From Lepidodermella squamata (taxonomy: Eukaryota; Animalia; Gastrotricha), in NCBI GenBank assembly GCA_047495785.1, contig JBLDXI010000009.1, positions 682,001 through 746,000 of the forward strand: a stretch of 64,000 bases of DNA. Reading direction: 5' to 3'. The notes below the pieces were generated by a model. It saw only the letters and a program-made list of their open reading frames with translations. It was not told the origin of the DNA and ran no database searches. Position numbers and translations under genes: made by a program. Position 1 is the first letter of the stretch. Each line of letters opens with the position of its first letter. Shown one piece after another: positions 24,671-37,559 of this stretch.

Positions 24671-27315
24671 ATGTTTGACAACGTAAACAGCTTGTCGTCA
24701 TTTGCACTCCTCGAAGCGGGGAAAATGCTCTCTGGAGCTTGTGTCATGAGCGCTTCACAGTATCTGCTGGACACATGCATACCAGCCTCCGTACCCTCTG
24801 TAGCTGGAGACAAACTAATGGAGTTTCTTGACAAACAGGAGCAACTCAACGACTCCACCATGCAGTTATTTGACAGCCGTAGATTCCGGCTTACGTCTGC
24901 TCGCATAACTCCAGGCCCGGCAAAGGGCAGTCGTGACGAGCTCACTTTCAGTGGACTGCGAGTATTAAAAACGCAGTATTTGAAACGCCTCGAATTTTCT
25001 GGCAGAAGAAAATACGACCATTCCGGGGGTACTCAGCTAGCTACTGACCCGGGCGGCGTTTTGCGTACACTCAACGATTGGACCATTCACAATCTAATTG
25101 AGCTGCAACTGCCGTTTAATGAGCTAAACAACAACGTTATTTTGCGGATAGCGTGCTTCAGAAATTTACGATATTTAAACGTTGCATCTTGTTTATCGAC
25201 ATTCAACTCGAACTCCCTGGAAATTGTCCTATCTGGAGTACCTTTGTTGGAAGGTATTGATTTGTCCGACACACATGTGCAATCAATAGAGCCATTGCGA
25301 TCTCGGAAAGATACCTTAAAACGCCTCTCTCTTTATGGCACCCAGGCACTATTTTACTCATCCACGCCAGAAGTATTGATTACATTGCATCGACTGAAAA
25401 ACTTGGATATTTCGTTACCAGCGGATATGCCGCACATCGAGGATAACAATCAATTTAAACTGGAACCTTTCCTAGCCAAGCTCCCCGCGCACTGTCCTGA
25501 TATTGAATATTTAGATATATCGGGAAATCAGCGCTTGACCCTTGATGCTGGACGTCCAGCTCTTCTATCTTGCGCAGCATCGCTGACGAATTTGAAATTT
25601 ATCGGATGTGCGATCGATGGAGATGTTTCACATTGGCTGAAAAGTAATTTTTTGATATAACCTGGATCGACTATGACAAATGCATTTTAGGTGTTCAAGC
25701 TCAACGTCGCATAAAAATCACTGGTACATCGTCGCTGGAAGCCATTGTCGAAAGTTTGCACCGTTATCATTTGCGGCCTAGTTACCTACATCACTCTCTT
25801 GTCGCCTTGTACAATTTTATCGGCGATTTGGAAGAAGACGCGGCTTTCGCTCGATTTCACATGCCCTGCCTTTCGTCGGTTATAGAAGTCTGCCAACTTT
25901 GGCCTCATGACAGGCTGGTTCAGCTATCTGGCACAGCTTCTGTTTACGCCCTGACACGAGGTTCCCTGTCAAGCAAATTGCCTCGCCGCTTGCTCTGTGA
26001 AGTTGTGAAAATTGGTAAGAGCTCTGGTCAAGCTTCAATTCATCAAGATTTTAGACAAAATGTACGCTTTTTAGCCACTACTGTTCTAGACATATTCTCG
26101 CAGCTTCAGTTGGTCAAAAATGCCGTTCTTTTGCTGTGCAATGATACGATTTTAGACTGCGGAGCCGATTGGCTTGCGTGTGCCTCAGCAGTGCTTCATC
26201 GTTTGCGGCAGATCGGCGTATCGAACGCGTTCATTGCGAAAATGTCTGTGCTTATTATATCAGTTTTGGCTAGTCGGCTAACTGCTGCTGAAGGTATCTT
26301 CCTTCAGCACACAAATGTTTTATTGTATTCCCAATTGTCTTCCAGCTGCCTCGCTAATGTCCTCTCCTGACAACTGGCAAACTTTGTTAGCTCCTGTGAG
26401 CTTGGCATGCCAGGAAGGCGAGGAGCAACAAATGGCGGAATCCACTGCTCTCCGATATTGGTATAAGCGGCGAAGCTCAGTGAATCCATGAAACTAAATT
26501 AATTTTCATATTTCCAGTCTTTCTGCTCTTTGGAATTTAACCGACGAAAACCCTCTGAATTGTAGACGCTTCGTTGACGCTGGTGGATTGAAAGCCTATG
26601 CAAAGCTATTGAAATACTACCGTGAGAACGCTGAAAAGCTACGGACTGGAAACAATGGAAATTCCTCGTCAAGCCGGGAACCTGATTACGTGATTGATTA
26701 TGAAGGAAAGTTGCTCGGGCTATTGAACAATGTGTCTGAAGTTCCGAATCTACGCGTTGAGATCGTAGATGTTCCAGAATTCATGTCTGAACTTGTATGG
26801 CGCTTGCAGCAGATAAACGATACGGAAAGGCACTATTTCGCTGGCGGGATCATTGCCAATGTGTTGAATGAAGGGGGAAACATTGCATCACATTCAGTAA
26901 AATTTGACGATCTAAACACAGAATTATCGAATTGCGTGGCCAGATGGCAAATGCCCCAACATGAACACGTGGCTTATAGGTCCTTTCGGCCTTTCGTACC
27001 CTTATTATCAGATACGAACTATCCAGCAGTCAGGCACTGGGCTTTATGGGCATTGGTTTGTTGATATTCGACTCTTCACTTACCAATATAACATCATATG
27101 TTTAGGGCCTGGTCGCTACCAAAAATCCGGACCGGTATGCTGCTATGCTGAAACGGGACGGCGTTTTCTCGCGGGTTTGTGAACTAATCGCCAATATGGG
27201 CCATGACCCGCTGGGTCGGTCGTTGTCTGAACGCTTGGCTAGTGTCTTGTTGAAAGTTGATGACGATGGAAGCCTGCAAAATGCTATTCGACAGGCTTCA
27301 CAAGCTCGATTGTGA
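24671..27315 (+). CDS. ZYG11: ZYG11/ZER1-family CUL2 substrate receptor (LRR + ARM)
   Basis: LRRs (LRYLNVA, LEGIDLSDT, LKNLDIS, IEYLDISGN); LSALWNLTDE; LLGLLNNVSEV; YFAGGIIAN; VAYRSFRPFVPLL...HWALWAL. Confidence 0.9.
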
Positions 27316-27657
27316 CCCTAACCAACCGTAATAAAAAGGTTCACGCTTTCTTCTCACAGTTGGAATATATATTTTTAACGATATTTCGTGATGCTAGTAC
27401 TTGCATTTATTGGCATGGCATCGCTCACATTGATCCATAGATCAAAATTTGTTCTACTTTGTTTTTGACTGTGAAATAAAATTTCATTGCTTGAAAATCG
27501 CCTAAGAAATGAGTAATTTTACTTTGACAATGTCAGTAAATGGAAAACGCCTGTTATAATGAATAATCGAGGTCGCCCGATGACCAGTGTATATTATTTC
27601 TAGATGGCATTCGGATAGCGCTGCCTGAAAACTCGGAAAACTCGGAAAACTCGTCAA

Positions 27658-28016
27658 CTGGGGTGACTTTGGCAGGGCAAATCTCGACGGTAGCCGGGGT
27701 TATAACAGCCCCTAGAGTCGGCGACCGCTGGATTGCCGGCGTAGTAGGCAGCCCGAATATGACAGTGTTTAATCATTTTGATCCCACCTGTTTAACTGCG
27801 GAGTCGTCGAAATTTCGTACAAAAAACGAATTTTCCCGCTAACTTTACCTGTTTTTAATCATCAGGCAAGGTAACCAATTGACGTTTAGCATATACATCA
27901 ATGCTTGCCTTTTCTAGGGCTATCAAACGGTATCTCACTCGAGGGGTATCATCCTGGCTACCTTCGAGATTTGCCCTGCCAAAATCCCCCATTTTGGCAC
28001 GGCAAAGTCACCCCAG
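27658..28016. mobile_element. MITE, 359 bp, flanked by TCAA direct repeats
   Basis: Termini CTGGGGTGACTTTG / CAAAGTCACCCCAG; subterminal 28-bp IR TTTGGCAGGGCAAATCTCGACGGTAGCC (1 mismatch); TCAA at 27654-27657 and 28017-28020. Confidence 0.8.
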
Positions 28017-28680
28017 TCAACGGTAGGTCTCGCAGGCTCTTTTTGCATGAAAGAAAAAACGGATTAATTTGTCACCTTGAAACGCAAGTAACCAAGCATA
28101 AATCCGAGTTTTTCACCGAGTGCTGCCGATTCTTTCTTCTACTCCGTTACATACACAGCTTTCAGGCTAACCATCAAGACTCGAGACTCGAGCTTATCAA
28201 AACATGCGCAATTTCAGATCGAATTATTGCTTGGCACTTCGAATACTGCTCGACATTCCATAGTACTATGAAATAAATGGCAACTTTGCCGCTTGCCCAT
28301 AAATCACTCCATAATAGCAGAAGCTATGTCAAACTAATTGTTTATTTCGATTCGCGCTCGAAAGATCAGCTTGATCTATAGTCCAACGATTTAAAAGCAC
28401 AGGTAAGGCATTCCCTGACTACACATACGGAATTCGGCAAGGGTCCGCACGAATGATCATTTTTAACTACCTGAATAAATTTATGCATCCCAATATCGCA
28501 CATGGAAACATAGCCTCCGATGCCTTCAGATTAAGAAGCCAATATTAGAATTAGAATTGGAAGATAAAAGTTAATTGCATTTCTTTGTTTGCGAAGGCAG
28601 GATTTTCGTGAGGTTTTGAAGAAAAGATCAAAAATCATCATCTATGATACAAGTCAGAGCTACTTTCATTGCTGTGGCAT

Positions 28681-29080
28681 TTATTTCTTGAGGAGAGCAG
28701 TCTTGAGTTCGCCGTAGCTGATTTTGCCGTCACCTATGATATGAGCGATTCAAATCAAAGATTAACAGAGCTGAAATCAAAGCTAACCGTTCTCGTCGAC
28801 TTCCTTGAAGATTTTTTCGACGTCCGTCTTCGAGGGTTCCTTGCCAAGGACGTCCTTGAGCAGACCTTCGAATTCGACCTGGTCGATAACCTTATCGTCG
28901 TTGGTGTCGAACTTCTTGAAGAGGGCCTTGACCTCTGAAATGAAATAAAATAAATTATAATGTATCTGGATAACTGCACGGCAGTGTTGTCTTTACCATC
29001 CTCGGTGAACTTGTGGAGGCTCTGAAAATTCAAATAAGTATAATTATACGTTATTTTGGAATGTTTAACGAACTTACCAT
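28681..29080 (-). CDS. Small two-EF-hand Ca-binding protein (~75 aa), paralogue A
   Basis: Spliced: M|SLHKFTED|EVKALFKKFDTNDDKVIDQVEF...KEVDEN|GDGKISYGELKTALLKK*. Confidence 0.9.
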
Positions 29081-30602
29081 GTTTATTGAGTTGGGTTGAT
29101 ACAACAACTAAAATTTAAAATAGCCCTGCGGAAGAAATACAACAAAGTATATAAATGGCTCGCAGTCATAAATGCCTATTCGATAAAAATATTTTACTGC
29201 CCAAAGCTCGGTGAAAATGCGGAATGAGCTGAGCTGTGGTTTCTCGATATGGCAAGGAATGAAACTGATGAGCAGCGGGAAGGTTGAACTGCCGACGTCA
29301 ATTATTTGGAAATGTATAATGTATAACCCAACAGCTGTCATTACTTCAGCATGCACTAGCGTTTTCTCTTTACTCCTGCCAATACACAGTTATCCTAAAC
29401 AAATGCACTGCATCGCAACACTGTTATTCGTGTTTTCCGTTCGATTGCAGAATGCGCGGGTAGATAGATTCTCATTGGCAGGTAGGTAGGTATAAGGAGA
29501 TGAAAAGCTACCGAGAACAAGCTCAAGATTTCCTCCCTTGTAGTCAGCTGCATCATCATGTCTCGCTGAAAGAAAGCATCATTGAGGATCTGCTGGCCGA
29601 TATATGGCTAGTACGCGCATATAATAATGGCATGCGCGTGGCTCACAGGTGCGATTTATTGGGAAGCGCCGGCCGGTTTGCGGTAGCGCAATGATTGCTC
29701 TCGTGGCACGCGTGATGGGTATTGTTATTCGCTTGTGAAAAATGATACAACGCTTCGGCCGTATCGCTAGCCGATACTCCACTGATCGCTCGTCGACTCT
29801 GTACACTTACAGCTTGTTCAAAAATGTTCGAAGGAACAACGGCGGAGAGGATATATGGGTACACAAAACAAGTAGGAAATATTGAAAATGGATGAAGTAC
29901 TAGCCGGCACCGCTCCAAGGTAATAGCAAGCTCTTTTAGCTCTCTGGTACCGGTAAATAATTAGGAATCTCATATAACCGAGAAGGCCCTTTTTGGAATG
30001 ACCATTTTTAGTAGTAACCTTTCTACTGGTATCCGTTTCCTGTTTGCGTGTTTAGTATCACTTGTCAGCCGAAAAACCGATAGTAAGTAATAAAAAAATA
30101 TTAAAATAAGCTGGATAGTTGGGCCTTGTTGATTTCATTACTCGTCCTTTCATTAGCAGGTTCAACATTTACTCAGAAATTAGCCTCATCTCATGGGTTA
30201 CCAACTGACTTTGTTCACGTTAAAAATATACTGCTGTAATGTACTGTACCTACCAGCCGACCAAACTAAATCATTGTCCCTTTGAGTTGGGAAGAGGAGG
30301 ATCACGACGGCAGTTTACAAAGTATTGCTGGTATGTATTGGGGAAGAATCGCTGAGTTTATTGTTTGTATTTCCGTACAATTATAACATTATTAGTCGCT
30401 CTTTATTCTAATATACGACAAATTTTATGTTGGCAGTCTCAGTTGAACTAAATTAAAACTGTATCGCGAACCAATCATGAATATGGGGTATACCAAGATG
30501 GGAGCAATCCCACTATAATAAGTTATTTGCTAGTTGCTAGACAGTTGAATAGATTAATGTGGACATATTGATGTTTCTTTTAATTAGCATTGATTGATTT
30601 GC

Positions 30603-31054
30603 TCATTTTTTGACCATAGCTCTCGACAATTCGTCGTACGTAATTTTGCCATCACCTGTAATAAACCAAATGAAAAAGGCGTTATAGTTTTTATTCCAAG
30701 ACTTACCATCGGTATCTACTTCCTGAAACATTTTCGCAGCGTCAGCGTCGCCAACTTTGCGTTTCAGCACCTCGTTCAACAAATCGTTGAACTCGGGGAG
30801 ATCGATGACCTGTCAATAAAAAAATGAGACATTGTTTAAGAAAATGGGAGACTACCTTATCTCCGTTCTTGTCAAACTTGCTGAAAAAAGCCTTCACTTC
30901 TGAATTGATAAAAAGATATTAAAGGGTCATTATTGCGGAATGGAATTCAGTTTGCATTGCCATACCATCTTCGGTAAAGTTTTTCTGGAAATAAATTGCA
31001 CATGTAATTTCTTACGGGTTTTATCAATTCTTTCAAACATACCAGTCCGGACAT
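30603..31054 (-). CDS. Small two-EF-hand Ca-binding protein, paralogue B
   Basis: Spliced: MSGL|KNFTED|EVKAFFSKFDKNGDK|VIDLPEF...QEVDTD|GDGKITYDELSRAMVKK*. Absent from the ORF track. Confidence 0.9.
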
Positions 31055-32454
31055 TGTCGACGGCAGAAGTTTATTGAGCGTAAATCTAGAGGACTATCAT
31101 TATAAAAGAATGGTTGGATTTAAATTAGAAGTGCATCATTAACAAATTTATCAAGTTATAAAGTTTCGCTTATAGAAACCTTGAATTGCTCATATACAAG
31201 TTGAAAAATAAAAAATGTAACTCGACTAAACAATTCGTTTTCATTCGTCTGCCAAATCCTTTGCAAACTTGGACCCGCGTACCCATTGATTTTGCGGAAG
31301 AGGAAACCAATTTCGGGCTAAAGGGTTTTATCATAATTTATACAACCAATTGGGTTCTAATGACTCGAGTCAGAAATGCGACAGCATTATATGGCACATG
31401 CGACGTTATTGTGCAAATAGACGCAAATAAGTCCCCGGAGTTCCCCCATTTGCCAGTTCGGTTCGATCAAAAATAAAGCGCCTCGGTGATCGCATATATC
31501 AAGTGCACAGCTATCATAAGGTACTCTACAACCACAAACTTCCGTTAGCCGTCGCGACAGGGCTACTCGATTATCCTACCTGAGCAATATTTTTGCTCAT
31601 CACGAAAATACACATGGATGCTCATTTGGAGTACCAAAAACTACGTCGAATTAGACATGCAGATAGTAATAAATCAACATGGGGTTAGACCGGGAGAACG
31701 TGTTCAAACATTTGCCTATCTGATATATGAAGGCTCGTAATTGAGGCCATACTCTTTTCACTGAAGGCGCAAAAAGACGTCGCATGCGCTTATGACAACT
31801 CAATAATTTGTCGTTTCGGGTCGTTCAGTGTGTTCTAAATTGCAAGTCTCGGCGCAATCTATTCATCGGTGCTACTTTCATTCATCTAACAATGCCTGAA
31901 AGCTGTTTCACATGGAGTTTCGGGCCGATCAGGCGGTCTGCTGCACCTCATGCCCCATAGCTATCCAGCCCACACCTGACAACTTTTGAGGGACTCGATT
32001 TGTGAAAACATCGTTATCAAAACCCTCTTCAGAATCTCACACGACGTAGGATTTATTGGTATATGTCAAACGTATCAATAGTCACAGAAAAGAAGACGAT
32101 GAAAGAAACGTGAATTAAAAGAGACAATAAATTGACAGATTGCACGTTGGTAGTATTAAAGAGCTTTTTGATATGCCACATGATAATAATTATCATTGGC
32201 GCATTCGAAATGGCGCCGGAAAGGTGGCAAACATAGACAACCTCTGTACGTGCACTTGAAACGCTCGGCAATTGAATACCCTTGGATTGCCGCGGTATTC
32301 AGCGAACAAAACAAGATGACTCAGTAGCTTTGGAATAGGCTTCGATTTATTTAAAGTGTTTTTTCATGTTAAGAAGAAAATTGCAAAAAAAATAAAAATA
32401 AAACCACTACAGAAAGAGCACTAGAAACGATGTTAGTAAGAGATGACAGCGAAT

Positions 32455-35400
32455 TCATGGAGGCGGCTGCGTGACAGTACCCTCGACGTGTTGAAACGGC
32501 CCGTCGACACCATAATTCTTCGCAAGGTTTCCGCGCTGAACGCCCCCTAGAACAGCAATCATAAAAATAGGGTAATTTCAAGATAGAAAAATAAATCACC
32601 CCAATCCAAGATTTTGGTATCAACGCCCCACTCGTCACCTCGCAGCTTTTTGTCTTTCAAACGTCGTGCGTCCTCCGTTGTCAGGCGGCGGTAATGTTGC
32701 TGTGCATCGAAGTCTGCAGCTGTACCGCAACCAATTACTTGGATCCAGTCAAGGCGAGAAGGCGTGCCGTAGAATTTCACCTCGTTGAGGCCATCGTCTA
32801 TTTCAATATGCACCAACTTAGAACCAAAATGAAGACCACGAGAAACGCTTCGGTCTTTCGTATTGCACAGAATCATGCCAGCGTTCGATTCAATCAAGTT
32901 GAATTTTGGAAGAATTTGCATAAGGCAGCAATCAGCGCCTCCCCATTTGAGGACGCCCCTTCTGAAAAATGGAAAGATACGTAAAGCAAGGCTATTTATA
33001 CCGCCCTGGTTTTCAACTTTATACCTCCATTCACAGTCGATACCCGCGACGAAAATGTTGGGCCCAAAGGCAAACAAAACGAGCGTCGGAGATTTGTAAT
33101 CCTGGCAACAAGTTACAACGCAAATCAGAGAAAAAATTGAATCTATAAAACTTACGAATACAAGCGTCTCAAGCCTGCAAAGTGACAACAATTTAAATAA
33201 CCGAATTTACATAAATCTGCGAAAATTCAAACCTGCTGAAGCTAAGGCCATCCTTGCCACTGTCAAACAGCAATTGCCATTGAGTATATGCAGGCTAATG
33301 AAGTAAAAAAGACACAATCGATCGTTAAAATGGCGTCCGGAAGCAAAAATCAGAAAGACGTAGACGTTCGCGTAAATGAAAACAATTAATGCGACTCGGA
33401 AAAGGAAAATTATGAGGCAATGCCTTGCGCGTTCCGGAAGCGCCATGTGTTATAGCACTTGTTCATAAAAATAAACGCGCTTCGGAACGCCATAGGGGTG
33501 GCTACAAGCTATGCGTAACATTTGCTTGCATGTGCTGTGGTCAACACTAATTTGATCAATGTCAATGGAACTGACGTTGCTGCGTCAACGCAGAAAAATG
33601 ACCCGCATATTTTGGCCCATGTCACAAAAATTTTAATATTAAGTATTTGAGAACGGTACCATACCCAGCTTTTTAATCTTTGAATTGCTAAAGCGAGTAA
33701 TATACCCTCGAACTTACTACCAAGTGAGCTTCTTATATCATTTTCTTCCTGTTAAACCGCGTTTTATCTGTCATGTTACATGTTACAATGAAAAATAACG
33801 CTTTTTACGCGATCGTGCGATTTTTTCAACAGTAATCAAACATCCACAATGCGTGGGCATTTGGTACAGGCTTAACGTCCTGGAGGACCATGTTAAAATT
33901 TTCGACTACTCCATAAGAATCACAAGATACACCAGACCAAGGAATACAATTGGTTAGACTCGTTCTTAGTTAATCGTAGGCGCTGTTGATACTTTAGGAA
34001 CCGTTATGGCTACAATTTTCACAATTTACCCCACACGGGATTTCCCGAAAAACGTAGGATCTAGTAATAATATAATAGGAAAGGTTAGTGGGACACGACA
34101 GATAAAACGCCGTAATATGGTACTATAATGGCTTTCAATACTCAGGCTGGCTAGGCCTTTAACATTGACAAAACACTACTGACTGTTAATTATTTGTCAG
34201 ACAACCGTATTATGTTGCTTTAGCAGGACCATCCTCCGATCAATCAGCCTTACTTGAAAATTAGCGTAAAGGCTAAGCCGATTATCAAAATACCCATAGT
34301 CTGCATTCGCCCAGCACATGCAAACAAGCACATGCGCATGTGTCCGAGTAAACTTTGTGTACAAATGTTTGAGCAGATACTATTGATAGCCTTCATTAAA
34401 AATATAGCGGATATCTCATGCATTCACCTTGAAAATAAATAAGTGTACTCGTATATAGCATAAGGTCTAACACCCCACAAAGAGTCTAGCGATTGATTCT
34501 TGTAGCAGCGCGAGTTTACTTAATTGACCGAATTCACCCACTACTAAAACTAATTTACGCTACACCACGAATAAATAAAATTACGGCCGTCTTCTGCGCA
34601 GCCGGCATACGGCCGCACATGCTGCCGCGACAGGCGCAAAATCAACCGCGCAAATTGGGAATTTTTGTTACTGGCGCCTCAAACACCAAAATTCATTTTA
34701 GGATGTCGTGTTTTTGTAACCCCCAAGATTTGACCGGCTATAATGTTATAAACAATGTGATGTTTTCACTCTTAGTAAATTTTTTGACTATTTTAGATAC
34801 AAATGAAGCTGCAATGCTCGATTCAGTGCTTCGGTTTAATTTTGCTAGCTGCCACGCCAGTAATTATGAAGATCAGTTCGCAAGCCTCGGAATCGCAATT
34901 AAGGATACAGCAGGCGGATATAGCGACGGAGAAACTGCCAGCGGATTACCGGAGGACAAATAGGCGTGAACCGACTGCTCAATCGCAAGGGAAGGGCAAA
35001 GCGAGCAAAAAATGGAAGACGCGGCAACGCCAGAAAAGCAGCAACGCGAAACGAGCGAAACGCGCACGAATGTTGCGGAGCGAAATGGATCCGCTTTCGA
35101 ATACTACGCCGGAGGGAAAAGTTATTGGTTTGCAATGGGTTTTAGACATTCGGCGAAATTTAAGTAGCCTTATGAAAGGGTTGGAACAAGTCGAGTTGCA
35201 ACTAGCACAGGTATTATTCATTATTGAGTTTTTTTGCAATGTCAAGCAATAATCTTTACATTAGGTAAAAGAGCAATTAAAAGAATCTAAGGCAATTGGC
35301 TCAACTGGTGCGGATTCCCTGAACATGTCATCGCCCCCGATAATTTGCCCATGGGAAATGTTAAATGGCGCTTCCTTCAATAAGTGCTATTCGTTTCATA

Positions 35401-37332
35401 ACAACGACAGACGATCGTGGTATCAGGCAGCGGCAAGCTGTCGAGTGGTAAAATTTGCGCAACATTTTTGCATCGGCTTATTTCAATTTCTTTTAGGTTG
35501 GTGGCCGACTTCTTAGAATAAGCAGTGCCGAAGAAACCGCGTTCTTGCTATCAAGGGCCCCTGCTTGTAATTTAGCCGCTCAGCTGTTTTAGCGCAAATT
35601 CTAGTTTTTGTCTCAATTTAGGGATGAGCAGCGGTTCAGCTTGGTTAACGACTGCTTGGACTGACGGCAACAGGCTTTATCCATGTCCGAATGACGGAGG
35701 AAGCATGTTACCCAGTGACTCATCTTGGGGATGGGGAACGCGAATGGATCGGCTTTGTTTCAACCAGCTAGTGGATGGTCAAAGCAACAAGAATCCAATA
35801 CGCGTTTACACGGATTGGCTCATGTCGGCAGATCCGCAGGCAGGCGCTTGCGTAGCCCTGGCAGTCGCTTCCACAAACTGGGAGGCGCTAGATTGCGACA
35901 GACCAGCCGCTTATGTTTGCGAAAGGGATCCTGTGCGCCCCACGACAATCTCATCTACTTCTGAAGATGAAGCCCTTAGCTCATCCAAAATAACGGCGGA
36001 GCAAGGTGAAGACGAAGTACTTCAAAACGAGCCAGCCCAGCCTGAGAGCAGCCAAGCGACTGTTCAAGAAGACGGCCAGACCAACGACCAGGAGGAGGCG
36101 GCCGATGATTATAATGCGGCAGAAGAAGAGCCAGTTAAAGTAGCACCCGAGGGAGCATAGGCCCTTTCATACTGTGCTTTTACTTCAGTGTCAATCCGAA
36201 TGAGGTTCTGATTTATTTGTTTCGAAGCATGAGGAGTTGTTTTCTACATTTTCTGTGGAGTTCTCAACTAATTCTAATCTTTCTCTATCACCTACATCAA
36301 CTCAACAGTTATTCGATAATAAAATATGGCGTAACCTAAATCTAATTGTCGTTTTACCAAATTTCTTACCGTTTTAGCAGCCAGCGGAGGTGGAGGCGGG
36401 CTGTAAGCTGGAGGCAAAACCTCGCACAATATCCATAGTCCGAAAGAGCCAATTGGGGTAGAAAACGAGTTTGGTCTGACAGGCTGCGACGAAGCCACGC
36501 TCATCGAAGAACTTGCAGAAGCACCAAGAAGTCGATTAGCAAAATACGTCCGGCAAGCGCAGGCTATGGGAAGATTCACACGATCCCAAGAGACAAGAAG
36601 CGATTCAATAGAATCACAATTTTGAACCTAGAAATGTTTAGGCGTGAATCACACATTAGCGGTAACTTCGCTCGTACATACCATGGCTACAGCTAATTTA
36701 CTGGCAAAGTCTTCTTCGACGCCAGTAATTATTGGCGATGGATCCATTGAAGCCGAATAAGCTAACAGCAAAATGTCTTCAACAACTGAAAAAGTTCTTC
36801 TTAGCTTGAGATTGTTTACTTGAAATGAACAAACTTTCATGGTCGGGCTTCCCTTCTTTTTCAAGCAACAATAATGTAACCAGCTTGTGGTCAGACTTGA
36901 TACGGCCGCGAAAATCTTTATTTCCTGAGTCTGACGAAGTTGCATGACCATCGAGTATTATTTGGCATACGTGCTCAAAATCGGCCGGTGACAAATAATC
37001 GGAGCCTTTCTGATCGGCTAACTTATCAAAGCAGTTTTGCATGAGGGCTTTACCTCGAGTCGAACAGTGGTCCTGGCCGTCAGAAAACATAACCTGCAAT
37101 TTTTGACGAGAAAATCCGTGATAATTTTACCCATGAATGTTAGAACTCATACCTCTAGTAATTTCGACTTCTGCAAACGAACCCCATCGGCCTGAACTAT
37201 TTTGTTCTGAACATTATTGATGACCTGTTTTGTATTACCGCATTCTGCAGGTTGGCTGTCCGAAGTCTGAGTTGAATCTTCAGCATGAGAAGACGAAGAT
37301 GCTTTGCGATGGGAACTTGACGAACCACCCAT
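32455..37332 (-). CDS. TLDc-domain protein (MEAK7/RTC5-like) with N-myristoylation motif and a 3075-nt intron
   Basis: MGGSSS start; ...LWILCEVLPPAY...AAKT, intron 36369-33295, PAYTQWQLLFDSGKDGLSFSR|LETLVF|DYKSPTL...WGGADCCLMQILP...GLHFG...IQVIGCG...; exon phases join in frame. Confidence 0.85.
34803..36160 (+). CDS. C-type lectin-domain protein, probably secreted, nested in the TLDc intron
   Basis: Hydrophobic leader, basic region, coiled-coil neck, then CPW...FNKCYSF...SWYQAAASC..GGRLLRISSAEE...WTDG...CVAL....WEALDC....YVCE; acidic tail. Confidence 0.85.
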
Positions 37333-37453
37333 TTTAGTTTATATAAAACACTAGATGTAATAATATGCATCACAGCTTTACTTGAGAAAGGCTCAATGAT
37401 TGCTATTGAATAAGAATAAGAATAAAGTGCTGAATCAGTCGCACGCTGATCAT

Positions 37454-37519
37454 TCAGCTAAACATCAGCCTGCTGACACCCGCGTTTAACGGGTTTCGCC
37501 AGCAAGCGTCACACACTGA
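37454..37519 (-). promoter_or_regulatory. Type II SECIS element (GUGA/UGAU core) in the SelM 3' UTR
   Basis: Minus strand: UCAG UGU GUGAC GCUUGCUGGCG AAA CCCG UUAAACG CGGG UGUCAGCAGGC UGAU GUUUAG CUGA; 11-bp helix II, AAA bulge, apical mini-stem. Confidence 0.9.
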
Positions 37520-37559
37520 TGAAAAACTAGCAGCAATCCAACACTGATGATCCAGAGAA

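Noticed and set aside
33207-33446. 79-aa hydrophobic ORF as a membrane protein
   Set aside because: It is intron sequence plus an out-of-frame reading of the TLDc exon.
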